DNA of 64,000 nucleotides from assembly GCA_050251055.1 (NCBI GenBank), contig JBFWNL010000001.1:651825-715824 (forward strand), in the 5' to 3' direction. This document shows positions 37,711 to 48,039 of the stretch, in pieces (the first letter of the stretch is position 1; the number at the start of each line of letters is the position of its first letter). The notes under the pieces were generated by a model. The model had not been told where the DNA came from. It was given only the letters and a program-made list of their open reading frames with translations, and ran no database searches. Made by a program: the position numbers and the translations under genes. This stretch comes from Bacteriovoracia bacterium (GTDB lineage Bacteria; Bdellovibrionota; UBA1018; JBFWNL01).

Positions 37711-39255
37711 ATGGCCTGGGTACGGAAGTCTCGTGTTTTCGTAATTTTTCTAGGACTGTTGTCGCTAGGTTCGAAGAGTTCGGAAGACCAAGGATTCCGC
37801 TTCCAAGCCGGCAAGTGCGTGAATGCCCGCGGGGAAACCGGACTGAACCCCTCCTACCTCGGACAATGCGGTGACTTGCGGGGAAGCGCTTTCGGACGTT
37901 TAGACTTTGATCGCATCGACTTGCGCGGCTCCGACTTCAGCAATGCCGAACTGGGTAAAGTGACTTTTCGCGGTGCCCAGTTGGAAGGAACCAAATGGGA
38001 TTCCGCTTCCCTGCAGGGCGTGGATTTCTCGGAAGCAAACCTAACCGGGTCCGTCTTTACCGGCAGTCGTTTCAGCCGAGTCGTGATGGGGGCCGCGACG
38101 CTTGACGGCGCCGACTTCTCCCGCTCGACCTGGAAGGACAGTGAAATTTCGTACTGTGAGTGGAACAAAGCCCGTTTTACGAAGGCAGTCTTCGAGAGCA
38201 CCACGTTCGAGGAACTCTCCTTCGGCAACGCCTCGTTCGCGGAGGCCCGATTCTCGAGCCCGGTTTTTAAGCAATGCGTTTTCCGGGGAGTTTCAGCCGA
38301 AAATGCCACCTTTATCGGGGTGAACCTACGACGAGCGGACTTTCGCGGGGCGAACCTAAAGGGGGTTCAGCTAATACGCGCCCCGTTGGAAGAGGCCGGA
38401 TTTGAAGACGCCGACCTCACGCTGGCCAGCTTTCGCTTCGCGACGCTGGCGCGTGCGCGATTCACCAAAGCGAAGTTAGCGGGCACCGACTTCGCTTACG
38501 CAGACTTAACCGGAGCCAGCACGGAAGGCGCGGTTTGGACCGATGCCACTTACAACCGGCGGACGAAGCTGCCTTTCCCCGAGGCCGACGCCAAGACCTT
38601 GGGCATGAAAGAGATCCAAACGCACGTGGCGCGTCTCTATTACAATCCGCGCCACGTGGACTCGGGAGCATCCACCACCGACAACGAACCCTTCACCCTC
38701 TGGGAAACAATCAAGCAGTTCGAGGATTCGGCGCAATTCACGGACTACTCGTTGGGCGCGCTCAAAAAGACCCTGGGCGAAAGCACCGTCGTGATCTTTC
38801 CGGAGTTTGAGATCGGCGATCCGAATTCGGATTTCGGAACCGAGCATCGGAACGCTTTGAAAGAGTACGTGATGAACGGAGGGCGACTGGTGTTTCACGG
38901 CGACGCCAATAACCGCGCCAATGTTCTCATCGCCAATGTCTTCGGCTTGAAGGTACCAACCCGAATGAGTCCAGCGGCCGAACAGACCCTGCAGGTGGAA
39001 GCCGCCAAGGAAACTCTTTTCGAGGGGACGAGCACCCAAGCCTTGAGCGTAAACAACCAAACATCTTGCCTCACTGGGTTATCCGATACCGTGAAGGCCA
39101 TCTACAAAACCCCGCAGTGCGCAACCGTTACCCTTTATGCCGCCGGCAAGGGCACCGTGATTTTCTTAGGCTACGATTGGTTTAATGCGAAGCCCGCCGG
39201 GGGCCAAGATGGCGGCTGGGTGGACACGCTCATTCGTGTCGCCGGCCCAAACTAG
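37711..39255 (+). CDS. Secreted pentapeptide-repeat protein with a C-terminal class I glutamine amidotransferase-like domain
   Basis: Signal peptide, Cys-capped N-terminus and a long A(D/N)[LF]xx repeat region; C-terminal ALKEYVMNGGRLVF...GKGTVIFLG. Confidence 0.85.
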   Translation: MAWVRKSRVFVIFLGLLSLGSKSSEDQGFRFQAGKCVNARGETGLNPSYLGQCGDLRGSAFGRLDFDRIDLRGSDFSNAELGKVTFRGAQLEGTKWDSASLQGVDFSEANLTGSVFTGSRFSRVVMGAATLDGADFSRSTWKDSEISYCEWNKARFTKAVFESTTFEELSFGNASFAEARFSSPVFKQCVFRGVSAENATFIGVNLRRADFRGANLKGVQLIRAPLEEAGFEDADLTLASFRFATLARARFTKAKLAGTDFAYADLTGASTEGAVWTDATYNRRTKLPFPEADAKTLGMKEIQTHVARLYYNPRHVDSGASTTDNEPFTLWETIKQFEDSAQFTDYSLGALKKTLGESTVVIFPEFEIGDPNSDFGTEHRNALKEYVMNGGRLVFHGDANNRANVLIANVFGLKVPTRMSPAAEQTLQVEAAKETLFEGTSTQALSVNNQTSCLTGLSDTVKAIYKTPQCATVTLYAAGKGTVIFLGYDWFNAKPAGGQDGGWVDTLIRVAGPN

Positions 39256-39285
39256 GCTGACTTCATTGTCAGGGCACGATTGCCG

Positions 39286-40509
39286 TCAAATATTCGCTAA
39301 CATACGCGCCAAGTACTCGGCCCCAATTTTCTCGGGCGAATAGTGGGCGGCGTACTCCAGCGCCGCGCGCGAAAGGTTTTCCCGGTCTTTCTCGGATGTG
39401 AGGAGTCGGCGAATCTGGCGTGCGCAGTCCTCGGGATCGCCCGTGTGGAAGAACGCCAGGCATCCCGGCTGGCGTCGCTCGATCTCTTTATTTAATGGGA
39501 GGTCGGAAGCGAGGATCGGCGCTCCCCTGCCTAGCGCTTGGGCCAACGAGCCCGAGCCCGTCGTCTCCAAAAAGGGCGCGAGCACTAGATCCGCGCGCGC
39601 ATAGTAATCATCGATAAAATCTTTTTGCACGAACCCGCTCACGGAAACGCGGTCGCCCAGCTCCAGAGCCCGCGCGGTTCCCAGGCAGCTCTCCATATAA
39701 TGATAGTCGGCCGTGCGTCGGGCGCCTCCCGCGAGCACCAGGTGTACGTCCCGCTCCAAATGCTCGAGCGCCCGGACCGCGAGGTCCTGGCCTTTTTCTG
39801 GCGAGAAAAACCCAAACACCATGACCGTCTTGCGCGCCGGCTCGCCGGGCGCCAAACGATGCGGCGTAATCACGGGGTGCTTCGCCGCGTTTCGGATCTT
39901 CCATTCGGTTTCAGGCGAGAGCTTTGTATTTCGGAGCCCCTCACCGGCGGGCGCTAAGGCAGGCACGAAGTGCGGGATGACCGTGACCTTGGGGCAACCC
40001 GAGGCGCGGACGTCACTTACCTGCAACTCGGAATGTACGATCACCTCGTCCAGGACGCCCCACGTTTCCTCGCTCCAGGCCCGGCGCATGCGCGGCATAA
40101 GCAGGTGGTTCGCGAGCACCCGCAGCGGCGCCTGCAGACCTCGCCCGCGCGTGGGAAAAACGTAGTCGCGCGCGAGCACGTTATGGGCGGTAGCGATGAG
40201 CTTCGCACGCGGCAGGCGGGCGCGGACGGCCTTCACGACCCGCGGAAAAAGATAGCGGGGCGGGCGCTTCCCGCCCCAGATGCCATACTCGTGCTGGAAG
40301 ATCACCACGTCGGGGCTTAAACGCGCGAGACTCTCCACCCAGGCCGCGACCTGCCCCCGGCGGCGCAGCTCATCGATCGGATGCAGCTCGATGGCGTATC
40401 CCGCAGGCAAAGCCGTTTTCGCAGCTGCCCGCACGGCGGGCAAAATGATCTTGGAATAGTCGGCAATCCCGCAGGTTTTATTCCAAGTCGATACCCACGC
40501 GACTTTCAC
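39286..40509 (-). CDS. Glycosyltransferase family 4
   Basis: STWNKTCGIADYS, QHEYG, FGFFSPEKG and SGSLAQALGRGAPILASD. Confidence 0.9.
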   Translation of the reverse strand: MKVAWVSTWNKTCGIADYSKIILPAVRAAAKTALPAGYAIELHPIDELRRRGQVAAWVESLARLSPDVVIFQHEYGIWGGKRPPRYLFPRVVKAVRARLPRAKLIATAHNVLARDYVFPTRGRGLQAPLRVLANHLLMPRMRRAWSEETWGVLDEVIVHSELQVSDVRASGCPKVTVIPHFVPALAPAGEGLRNTKLSPETEWKIRNAAKHPVITPHRLAPGEPARKTVMVFGFFSPEKGQDLAVRALEHLERDVHLVLAGGARRTADYHYMESCLGTARALELGDRVSVSGFVQKDFIDDYYARADLVLAPFLETTGSGSLAQALGRGAPILASDLPLNKEIERRQPGCLAFFHTGDPEDCARQIRRLLTSEKDRENLSRAALEYAAHYSPEKIGAEYLARMLANI

Positions 40510-41549
40510 AAACGGGCCCTCCCACGCGCGCGTACCAGCGGCTCGGCGGCGGATAGACAGCGCTCAGCGACGTTCCGCCAGCTCAACAGGAGCGGACGAT
40601 TCACCTGCGCGCGTGCCTGGCGCGCGGCTGGATCGTTCGGAAGCCGGTAAGCCTGCTCCACGGCCTGGGCCAAAGGGTCCGCTCGAAGTTCCTTCACCAC
40701 GAAAACTCCCTGGAGTCCCTTCGGAAGCTCGGTCACAGCTCCCACCTCCGTCACGACGATGGGCACGCCTTCGGCGAGGGTTTCAAGCACCACGATTGAA
40801 TATCCCTCATACCGAGAGGGCGCAATCACGGCCCGCGCGCGCCGCAGGAGCGCCACCACGCCGGTCGGGTCCAAGCGTCCCGTTTCCAAGATTTGCGGGC
40901 TGGGTGAAAATCCCTCACCCGGCGCGGCCACGAGCCGCAGGTGCGTGTTCCGGCGCAACATCTCGGCCAACACGTCGGTCCCCTTCACGGGATCGGCGCC
41001 GCGGCCCACGAAAAAGAGAAAATCGCCGTGCTCGTCCAAGCGCGGGCCCAAATCCGGCGGCAACCGCGACGGCATCCCACTCGGCGCGGTATCCCAACCA
41101 TTTCCACAGACCACCCCTCTCTTCCCGATTTTCAAGGCCCACCGGAAGAGTGAGACGCGCTCGCGTACGCAGCACACGAGATCCGCCGCCGAAACCGATG
41201 CGACTTCACGCGCGTACGCGAGATAGCCGCCCGGCCATGTATACTCACCGCAGGCGCGCATGCGCTCCCAAGTCGAGCCATGCAAGGTCACGATCCGTAA
41301 AGGACCGGCCTGGCCTAGCCGCGCGCGAAGCTTCTTTCCGGCGGGCTCCCACATCGCCCGTCCGTGGGGCAGAAGGCTTCCATGAGTGTGAATCACGTCC
41401 CAGCGCGGATCAGAAAGGTCACGCGGGTCGTGAGAGAGACTCGCTTCCACGCCCAGTCCCCGCAGCTCTTCCGCCAAACGCCGGGCATGGACTTCCACGC
41501 CTCCCAGGCCTTTGGCTAAATCCACGTTCGCCCATTGCAGCCAGCGCAT
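40506..41549 (-). CDS. Glycosyltransferase family 4
   Basis: Start at ATG 41549 (TAATG overlap); GGVE, FVGR...KG and PSRYEGYSIVVLE. Confidence 0.88.
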   Translation of the reverse strand: MRWLQWANVDLAKGLGGVEVHARRLAEELRGLGVEASLSHDPRDLSDPRWDVIHTHGSLLPHGRAMWEPAGKKLRARLGQAGPLRIVTLHGSTWERMRACGEYTWPGGYLAYAREVASVSAADLVCCVRERVSLFRWALKIGKRGVVCGNGWDTAPSGMPSRLPPDLGPRLDEHGDFLFFVGRGADPVKGTDVLAEMLRRNTHLRLVAAPGEGFSPSPQILETGRLDPTGVVALLRRARAVIAPSRYEGYSIVVLETLAEGVPIVVTEVGAVTELPKGLQGVFVVKELRADPLAQAVEQAYRLPNDPAARQARAQVNRPLLLSWRNVAERCLSAAEPLVRARGRARL

Positions 41550-42913
41550 TACCTCGCGCCCCCGGCCGTGCGCGGTCCCACGAGCATCGCGAGTACAAGC
41601 AGGGAATACACTCCGCCCACGGCGATATTTCCATAGGCCGCTCCGGTGAATCCCCCATCCGTTCCCAAGAGTGGGCCGAAGAGGCGGATCGCGAGCGTAT
41701 AGATGAAAATCGCGGCAAATATCCAAACGAAGGAGGTGCGCCAGAAAAATTCCTGGGCCGATCGCCGCAAAACTAGCCATGTGTTCAGCGGAAGGCTGAG
41801 GGTCAGGAGAGCCGAACCTATGACCATACAAATCAACCAGCTTCGCATCACGGCTTGCTCCGTAAGCTCCCAGCGACCTCGCGAGAGAAGGCGCAAAACC
41901 CACGGCGAAGCAATCGCGAACGCAGCGACCTGGCCAATCCCCAACGCAAAAAACAGCCAAGTGAAACGACGGACCTCCAGTCGCTCCCGCGCCGGAGGGA
42001 CCTGCGTGTTGCGCCCCAGCCAAATGGAAAAATAATTGCCGATCGCCAGCGGCAGGGCCTGGGAAAAGTTGGCGAGCTTCAAGGTCGAGGCGTAGAGGCC
42101 AATCTCGCGCGCGGGCAGTCCCAAGGCGCCGAGGATGAAAATATCCATCGTCTGCACCCAACCCCAGATCACGCCCGAAAGATGCTGCCAAAGGGAGAAG
42201 CTACCGATCACCCGCCGCAGGATCGGCCAAACCTCAGCCGTCGCTACTCCCTCTGCCGGAATGCCGGCTTCCCGCTGGGCTTCGCGCGCGGACAAATAAG
42301 CCCAAAGCGCCGTCGCGGCCGCCGAAATCCCCGCCGAGGCACCCAGCGCAAGGAAAAGAGCTTTGGACGGTACGGCACCCCAAATCAGCAACGAAAGCAC
42401 CGTCAGCCCCAAAAGCGTTCCCTTCTGAAAGAGCGTGAGCTGGTTGAGACGCTTGAGCTTCAGAGAGATCCGCAAAAACTCCCGGTCTGGGCCCGACCAT
42501 TGAGGCCCGATCATCAAAAACACCGCCCAGAGGCTCACGCCTAAGCCCAGGTACGGATGGCCGGCCGGAACCGTAAGCCAACTCAGTAAGAACGCGATTA
42601 CCAAACACACGGGAAACTTCCCGTAAGCGAAGCGTCGAAACACGGCCAAGTGCCGGCCTAAGGTCCCTTCCGCGCGCCAGCGTTCGAAATCGCGGTAGAG
42701 CGCCGTTTCGGGACAAAGCAAGAAGAGCAGCACGGGCGCCACCCAAGCCTGGGCCAGGGCTAGCGCGGAAAAGCTTTCGGGAGAAAGCCAGGCGATGAGA
42801 AGCAGAGACGTAGCCGCATCCATCACGCGCGTGAGCACGTGCTCGACCGTATTCAAAACGCCGCTTTTGAGCCACGATGGGGCCGGCGATGGCGGGGGTT
42901 TCACTTCAGTCAT
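41549..42913 (-). CDS. Wzx-like polysaccharide flippase
   Basis: Many TM segments and D(IFILG)...IGLY motif; located in a GT cluster. ATG 42913 overlaps the upstream TGA. Confidence 0.75.
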   Translation of the reverse strand: MTEVKPPPSPAPSWLKSGVLNTVEHVLTRVMDAATSLLLIAWLSPESFSALALAQAWVAPVLLFLLCPETALYRDFERWRAEGTLGRHLAVFRRFAYGKFPVCLVIAFLLSWLTVPAGHPYLGLGVSLWAVFLMIGPQWSGPDREFLRISLKLKRLNQLTLFQKGTLLGLTVLSLLIWGAVPSKALFLALGASAGISAAATALWAYLSAREAQREAGIPAEGVATAEVWPILRRVIGSFSLWQHLSGVIWGWVQTMDIFILGALGLPAREIGLYASTLKLANFSQALPLAIGNYFSIWLGRNTQVPPARERLEVRRFTWLFFALGIGQVAAFAIASPWVLRLLSRGRWELTEQAVMRSWLICMVIGSALLTLSLPLNTWLVLRRSAQEFFWRTSFVWIFAAIFIYTLAIRLFGPLLGTDGGFTGAAYGNIAVGGVYSLLVLAMLVGPRTAGGAR

Positions 42914-43968
42914 CGGCGCTTCAATCTTAACGCGGCTTGCAGCCAAAGACTACGCCTAGGATCAGTTTGGCGGAGAATCTGGCGCGCGAGCCACGCCCCC
43001 ACCGGCATGGTGAAAAGGGGCCCGGCCGCGCGCACGGCCCGCACTTTCAGGCGATCCACGCCGCCGAAACCCGCGAGATCATCGCCCGTGAACTCGCGCG
43101 CAAGCACCTCGAGACGGTAGCCCGCGGACTTTTCCATCGTACCGCGCGCGCAGCGGTTGAGCTCGGCTTGGAACTGGTCGAGGCGGCGCAGAGCATCGGC
43201 CCGACGTTGGTCTGCGGGAGAGAGTGGGCTACGGTCCGCGTACCCACCCAGCACTTCAAAATAATCCGAAGCCCCCGTACGAGCCTGGTCATAACGCGCG
43301 CTCGCCTGCGCGGCTTCGAAGCGCACTTGAATCAGGGGATCCGGCAAAACCGCCATCCGATAGCGGGAAAAGAGCACCCGCAGAAAAAACTCCACGTCGC
43401 CACTTTGCGGGAAGCGCGTGGAAAAATCCCCCAGTTCCTGAAAAATAGAGCGACGATAAAGCGCGGAAGGCGCGAGAAAAAAAGAATTCCCGTGCAGTGA
43501 GAGGTGTCGATAAACCTGCGCCGGATCGAGGAGCGGATGCGCGAGCCCGTCCGGCAACTTCACGGGCCAGAGGACTTCATCCCGGCTGCCGATCCCGGTG
43601 CCGACGGCGGTAACCACGCCGAGCTCGGGATGTTGCTCGAAGAGTTCGATCTGACGGGTGACAAGGGCGGGGTCATACAGATCGTCGGCGTGAAAGAATC
43701 CCACGTAAGGCGCCGTAGATTCAGCAAGGCAGACGTTCATGTGCTCAAAAATACCCGGCGCCCAGCCCGGGCGACGCACTCGCACCTCGAGCCCCCGATT
43801 TGCCGTCAAAAAAGGCAACAGACGCTCCAGGCTTCCGTCGGAGGAGCCATTTTCAGAAACGATGACTTTTTTTGCGAGATAAGTTTGATCTAAGACCGAC
43901 TCAACGCTAGCGACGACCGTCGAGGCCTTTTGGTAGCTCAGCACGAAGAGATCGACGTAGGGCGTCAT
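42910..43968 (-). CDS. Glycosyltransferase family 2
   Basis: SVLDQTY, ENGSSDGS, FHADD and GDVEFFLR. Confidence 0.88.
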   Translation of the reverse strand: MTPYVDLFVLSYQKASTVVASVESVLDQTYLAKKVIVSENGSSDGSLERLLPFLTANRGLEVRVRRPGWAPGIFEHMNVCLAESTAPYVGFFHADDLYDPALVTRQIELFEQHPELGVVTAVGTGIGSRDEVLWPVKLPDGLAHPLLDPAQVYRHLSLHGNSFFLAPSALYRRSIFQELGDFSTRFPQSGDVEFFLRVLFSRYRMAVLPDPLIQVRFEAAQASARYDQARTGASDYFEVLGGYADRSPLSPADQRRADALRRLDQFQAELNRCARGTMEKSAGYRLEVLAREFTGDDLAGFGGVDRLKVRAVRAAGPLFTMPVGAWLARQILRQTDPRRSLWLQAALRLKRR

Positions 43969-44016
43969 CAGTGGATGATCTTTACATTTCGCCATGAAAT
44001 AGGCAAGTTGGAGCGC

Positions 44017-45024
44017 ATGTCAGGGTCCACTCCCGCACCTGCCCCCGTACTCGTGACGGGTGGCGCCGGTTACATCGGCAGTCACACCTGCAAGGCCTTG
44101 GCGCGCGCGGGCTACCTGCCCGTCACCTACGACAATCTCGAAACCGGTTTTCGTCACAACGTGAAGTGGGGACCCCTCGAGGAAGGCGATATCCTCGACG
44201 GTACCCGATTACGCGAGGTACTCGCCCGCTACCCATTCGTGGCCGCCCTTCACTTCGCGAGCCTTGTGCGCGTGGATGAGTCCGTGGCGCAGCCAGAGAA
44301 GTATCGGCGGGCGATCGTAGACGGGTCGCGCACGCTCGTGGACGCGCTGCTCGAGACGGGTGTAAGCAAGCTGGTTTTTTCCAGCACGGCCGCGGTGTAC
44401 GGAGCGCCCGAGCTTGCGCCAGGGATACTCATTCGCGAGGACCATCCCAAGGCGCCCATCAATCCTTACGGTCAGTATAAGTGGGAAGTGGAACAGTACC
44501 TCGAAGCCGCCACCACGCGTGGCCTACGCTCGGTGCGGCTGCGCTACTTCAACGCCGCCGGTAGCGATCCGGATGGCGAGCTGACGGAGGAACACAACCC
44601 GCCGTTGCATCTGATTCCAATCATATTCCGCGCCCTGCGGGATGATAAGCCGTTTACGATTTTTGGCGAGGACTATCCCACCAAGGATGGGACCTGTGTG
44701 CGGGACTACATCCATGTCTCCGATTTGGCCGAGGCCCACTTGCTGGCTTTGAAGTACCTGGATGACGCGGGAGCAAGCGCGCCACTCACGCGTGCTTTCA
44801 ACCTGGGGACTGGCGCCGGCTACTCCGTGCGGCAAATTGTGGACGCTTGCCGGAAAACTGCGGCAAAACCGCTGGAAGTGCGGGTAGGCCCCCGGCGGGC
44901 GGGCGATCCGCCTTCGCTGATTGCGGACTCAAGTGGCGCCCAGCGCGAACTCCGGTGGCATCCCCGTCACTCGAGCTTGCCGGAAATCGTGGGATCGGCG
45001 TGGCGAAACACGGCGGGACGTTAG
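44017..45024 (+). CDS. galE: UDP-glucose 4-epimerase
   Basis: VTGGAGYIGSH, FSSTAAVYG, NPYGQYK, LRYFNAAG and DGTCVRDYIHV. Confidence 0.93.
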   Translation: MSGSTPAPAPVLVTGGAGYIGSHTCKALARAGYLPVTYDNLETGFRHNVKWGPLEEGDILDGTRLREVLARYPFVAALHFASLVRVDESVAQPEKYRRAIVDGSRTLVDALLETGVSKLVFSSTAAVYGAPELAPGILIREDHPKAPINPYGQYKWEVEQYLEAATTRGLRSVRLRYFNAAGSDPDGELTEEHNPPLHLIPIIFRALRDDKPFTIFGEDYPTKDGTCVRDYIHVSDLAEAHLLALKYLDDAGASAPLTRAFNLGTGAGYSVRQIVDACRKTAAKPLEVRVGPRRAGDPPSLIADSSGAQRELRWHPRHSSLPEIVGSAWRNTAGR

Positions 45025-45782
45025 AAGCGCCAAACCGAGAGCAGGGATTGGCCGAGCGGTAAACGCAACACCTTATGGGCAAAGTCGTCGAACGGCGCCA
45101 CCCACGGACAGATTTTTTCGAAGGCTTCTACCGCGCCAGCGCCGATTTCTTTCTTTTTTAGCACTCGCCCCATCATCCACCAGCCCGGCAGGCCCACGGC
45201 GTTGAAGTAGCGCATCTCCTCGATGCGGGCATCGGGCGCGTGCGTGCGGGCAAGTTTGCGTAACATACCGGCGCTGTAACGGCGGAAGTGGCCAAAGGCC
45301 TGATCAACGCTGCCAAACGCCCACGGATGGGCGGGCACGAACAAGATCAAGCGGCGGGGGCCCAAGGCCTGAGAGTTTCGCAGAATCTGCGCTTGAGCGG
45401 CGATGGCGCGGCCATCGTCCTGAATGTGCTCGAGCATGTTGAAAGAAACGATGGTGTCTAGATTTTCGCTCGCAAACCGGGCGGGGTCGTCCTGCAGGAG
45501 GTCGAAGCGGTCGGTGGAAATTTTCTTCTGCAGGTCGGGGGCGTGCCACGTCGCGAGGTCACGTTGGAGGATTTCTAAGAGGCTCGCCTCGTACTCCGTA
45601 AGGATGAGGCGTTCGCGCACGGGCAAATGACGCGACATGTTGCCAATGCCGGCGCCCATTTCCAAAATACGCTGTCCCAAGTAGGGCTGCACGGCCGAGG
45701 TCGCCCACTTTTGGTAGGCGTGGGCGCGGGAGAGGGATTGGAGCTCAAAGGGAACGGTGGCGGAGAGAGAATCGGCCGACAT
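45021..45782 (-). CDS. Class I SAM-dependent methyltransferase
   Basis: ILEMGAGIGN, NMLEHIQDD and VPAH...GHFRRY. Confidence 0.88.
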   Translation of the reverse strand: MSADSLSATVPFELQSLSRAHAYQKWATSAVQPYLGQRILEMGAGIGNMSRHLPVRERLILTEYEASLLEILQRDLATWHAPDLQKKISTDRFDLLQDDPARFASENLDTIVSFNMLEHIQDDGRAIAAQAQILRNSQALGPRRLILFVPAHPWAFGSVDQAFGHFRRYSAGMLRKLARTHAPDARIEEMRYFNAVGLPGWWMMGRVLKKKEIGAGAVEAFEKICPWVAPFDDFAHKVLRLPLGQSLLSVWRF

Positions 45783-45886
45783 GGCGGTGACCGTATGCGA
45801 GCGATGACGGGTTTTCAAGCGATTTAGCCTTGTCGATCCATCGTGGACCTTGTCCAAGGTCGCCAGGTCGGGTAAGGATCTCTAAC

Positions 45887-46651
45887 GTGAGCGCCCAAAA
45901 ACTGTCCATCGTCATTCCGGTCTATAACGAGGAAAAACACCTGCGCGAAGTCGTGCACTTCCTGATGGAGTCACCCTGTCCCATCGAACGCGAGTGGATC
46001 TTCATCGACGACTGCTCCCGAGACGGCAGCCTGGCAATCTTGGAAGAGCTGTCCAAACAGTACAGCTTCCGCGTGATTCGCCAGAATCCCAATCAAGGCA
46101 AAGGCGCCGCGGTCATCCGGGGATTCCAGGAGGCCACCGGCGACATCATCATGATCCAGGACGCGGATTTCGAGTATGACCCCCGCGACGTGCCCGCATT
46201 GCTGATCCCAATCCTCGAGAACAAAGCGGACGTGGTCTACGGCAGCCGCTTCAAGAAAAGCGCCTACCAAGTCCACCGCACCTACCACTACTTCGTGAAC
46301 CGTTTTCTCACCGTGATGAGCAACCTGATGTCGGGCATCTACCTGACCGACATGGAAACCTGCTACAAGATCTTCCGCGCCGACATCTTGAAGGCGATGA
46401 ACCTGAAATCCCAGCGCTTCGGCATCGAAGTGGAGCTTACCGCTTACCTCGCGAAAGTGCGGCCAAGGATATACGAACTTCCCATAAACTATTACCCGCG
46501 CACCCAACTACAGGGGAAGAAGATCAACTGGAAGGATGGCGTGGCGGCGCTTTGGCATCTGATGCGCTTCAATTGGTTCACCCCCGTCGATCGGGCTTAT
46601 ACCCGGTTGCCGGAGCATTACTTCCAACGAGCAATCAAGCAATTCACATGA
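45887..46651 (+). CDS. DPM1-like (polyprenol-phosphate) glycosyltransferase, GT2
   Basis: IPVYNE, DDCSRDG, NQGKGAA, QDADFEYDP, VVYGSRF, TDMETCYK and GKKINWKDG. Confidence 0.92.
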   Translation: MSAQKLSIVIPVYNEEKHLREVVHFLMESPCPIEREWIFIDDCSRDGSLAILEELSKQYSFRVIRQNPNQGKGAAVIRGFQEATGDIIMIQDADFEYDPRDVPALLIPILENKADVVYGSRFKKSAYQVHRTYHYFVNRFLTVMSNLMSGIYLTDMETCYKIFRADILKAMNLKSQRFGIEVELTAYLAKVRPRIYELPINYYPRTQLQGKKINWKDGVAALWHLMRFNWFTPVDRAYTRLPEHYFQRAIKQFT

Positions 46652-47970
46652 ATGCGCCCAAGCGCCCGACGTTGGATTGGATCGTGGCGATCATCCTTGC
46701 CCTGGGAATCCTCCCCTCCTTCACAGCCGGAACTCGCGCGCTCGCCGAGCTTTCCCCCGTTTTCGGGATCGCCGGACCCTTAAACGCAGTCAAACTCGGA
46801 ATCCCGATATTGCTTTACTACGCTTGGACACGACGAAAGGAGATGCCGAAACATGCCCGCACCCTTGGAATCGCCGCCGTCTTGATCGGCTCCGCTAGTA
46901 CGCTCGTAGCGGCGATTCCTTGCGAGATGCCGACCGCTTTCCTACGAGATTGGGCCGCCACCCTCTTCGGAGGGCTGGCCGGATTCTGCCTTTGTTTACT
47001 ACCCAAGCGGCCAGCGAGTTTCGTGCTCTACGCGATTGCCGCCTTGGTACTTGGCTCCGCGGCATTAGACTTGGTCTCACCATCGGCCGTGGACTGGCTG
47101 CTGCAAAATTTCTTCGATCCTAAGACGAACGCTCAATATGTTTCAGAGAGTAAGCACCGGTTGCTCGGCGGCATTTTCGGAAAACAGTCTTTGGCCAAGC
47201 TGCTCGCTTGGGTACCTGCGCTGGTCGCCCTCGCCTGGGTCCGTACGCGCGCGGTCCGTACCTTTCCGCCCGGACCCGCATCCGCGATACTAGCACTTTC
47301 GTTCGCCTGTATATCGCTCAGTTTAGCGACCACTCAACGCGGGCCGTTTGTGGCGGGCATCGCAGGCCTTGCCATCGCTATTGTTCATTACCTACGCCAT
47401 CACCGTGTGCCGAGCCTGAGCCGTAAGCGGTTATGGGCCGCCTTCGCGGGAGGCCTTGCCATCTGCGTCGCTGCTGCGTTCCTGATCTTACCGACCGACA
47501 TCCTTTCGGTACGCCTGAAGTCCCTCCTCTGGCTAAACCAGGGTGTGGAACCCAGCTCCCTGGGTTACACCGCCGACGGGAACCGAGACATGCGGATCCG
47601 CGCTACACTCTTTTCACTCGATAAGATTCGACAAAACCCGCTGGGCGACGCCTGTATTCCCTGGAACGACTTCAATGTGTATGCTCTCGAGTTTAGCCAC
47701 GCCCACAGCTTGATCCTCGAGCAACTTCGCTCGCGCGGTTGGATCTGGGGAATCCTACATCTTCTCCTCTGGGTCCTCGCTTGGCTGCGGGCTTGGCGCG
47801 ATCCAACCCTGGAGGCGACATTGATCCTTGCCGCCGTCACCACGACCTGGGTGTTAGGCCTCTTTGACCACCCCTGGTGGGTCATCAATCAGGCGATGGT
47901 GCTGAGCTTCATCCTCTTCAGCGGCCTGGCCTGCGGAAAGCCGACCCCAGAGCCACGCAACCAGTCATAG
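46648..47970 (+). CDS. O-antigen ligase/polymerase (Wzy_C) family membrane protein
   Basis: Multi-TM; TTQRG, periplasmic loop and HAHSLILE...G. Confidence 0.75.
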   Translation: MNAPKRPTLDWIVAIILALGILPSFTAGTRALAELSPVFGIAGPLNAVKLGIPILLYYAWTRRKEMPKHARTLGIAAVLIGSASTLVAAIPCEMPTAFLRDWAATLFGGLAGFCLCLLPKRPASFVLYAIAALVLGSAALDLVSPSAVDWLLQNFFDPKTNAQYVSESKHRLLGGIFGKQSLAKLLAWVPALVALAWVRTRAVRTFPPGPASAILALSFACISLSLATTQRGPFVAGIAGLAIAIVHYLRHHRVPSLSRKRLWAAFAGGLAICVAAAFLILPTDILSVRLKSLLWLNQGVEPSSLGYTADGNRDMRIRATLFSLDKIRQNPLGDACIPWNDFNVYALEFSHAHSLILEQLRSRGWIWGILHLLLWVLAWLRAWRDPTLEATLILAAVTTTWVLGLFDHPWWVINQAMVLSFILFSGLACGKPTPEPRNQS

Positions 47971-48039
47971 CGCCCTTCGGTTCGCATCCGCTGCCTAAAT
48001 TCCCTTGCCGTTCGGTCCCGAGCAGTTTATTCAAGCCCA

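Noticed and set aside
41550-42191. N-terminal extension making the GT4 ORF 561 aa (a possible fusion or frameshift)
   Set aside because: It overlaps the flippase in another frame; the real start is the TAATG-coupled ATG at 41549.
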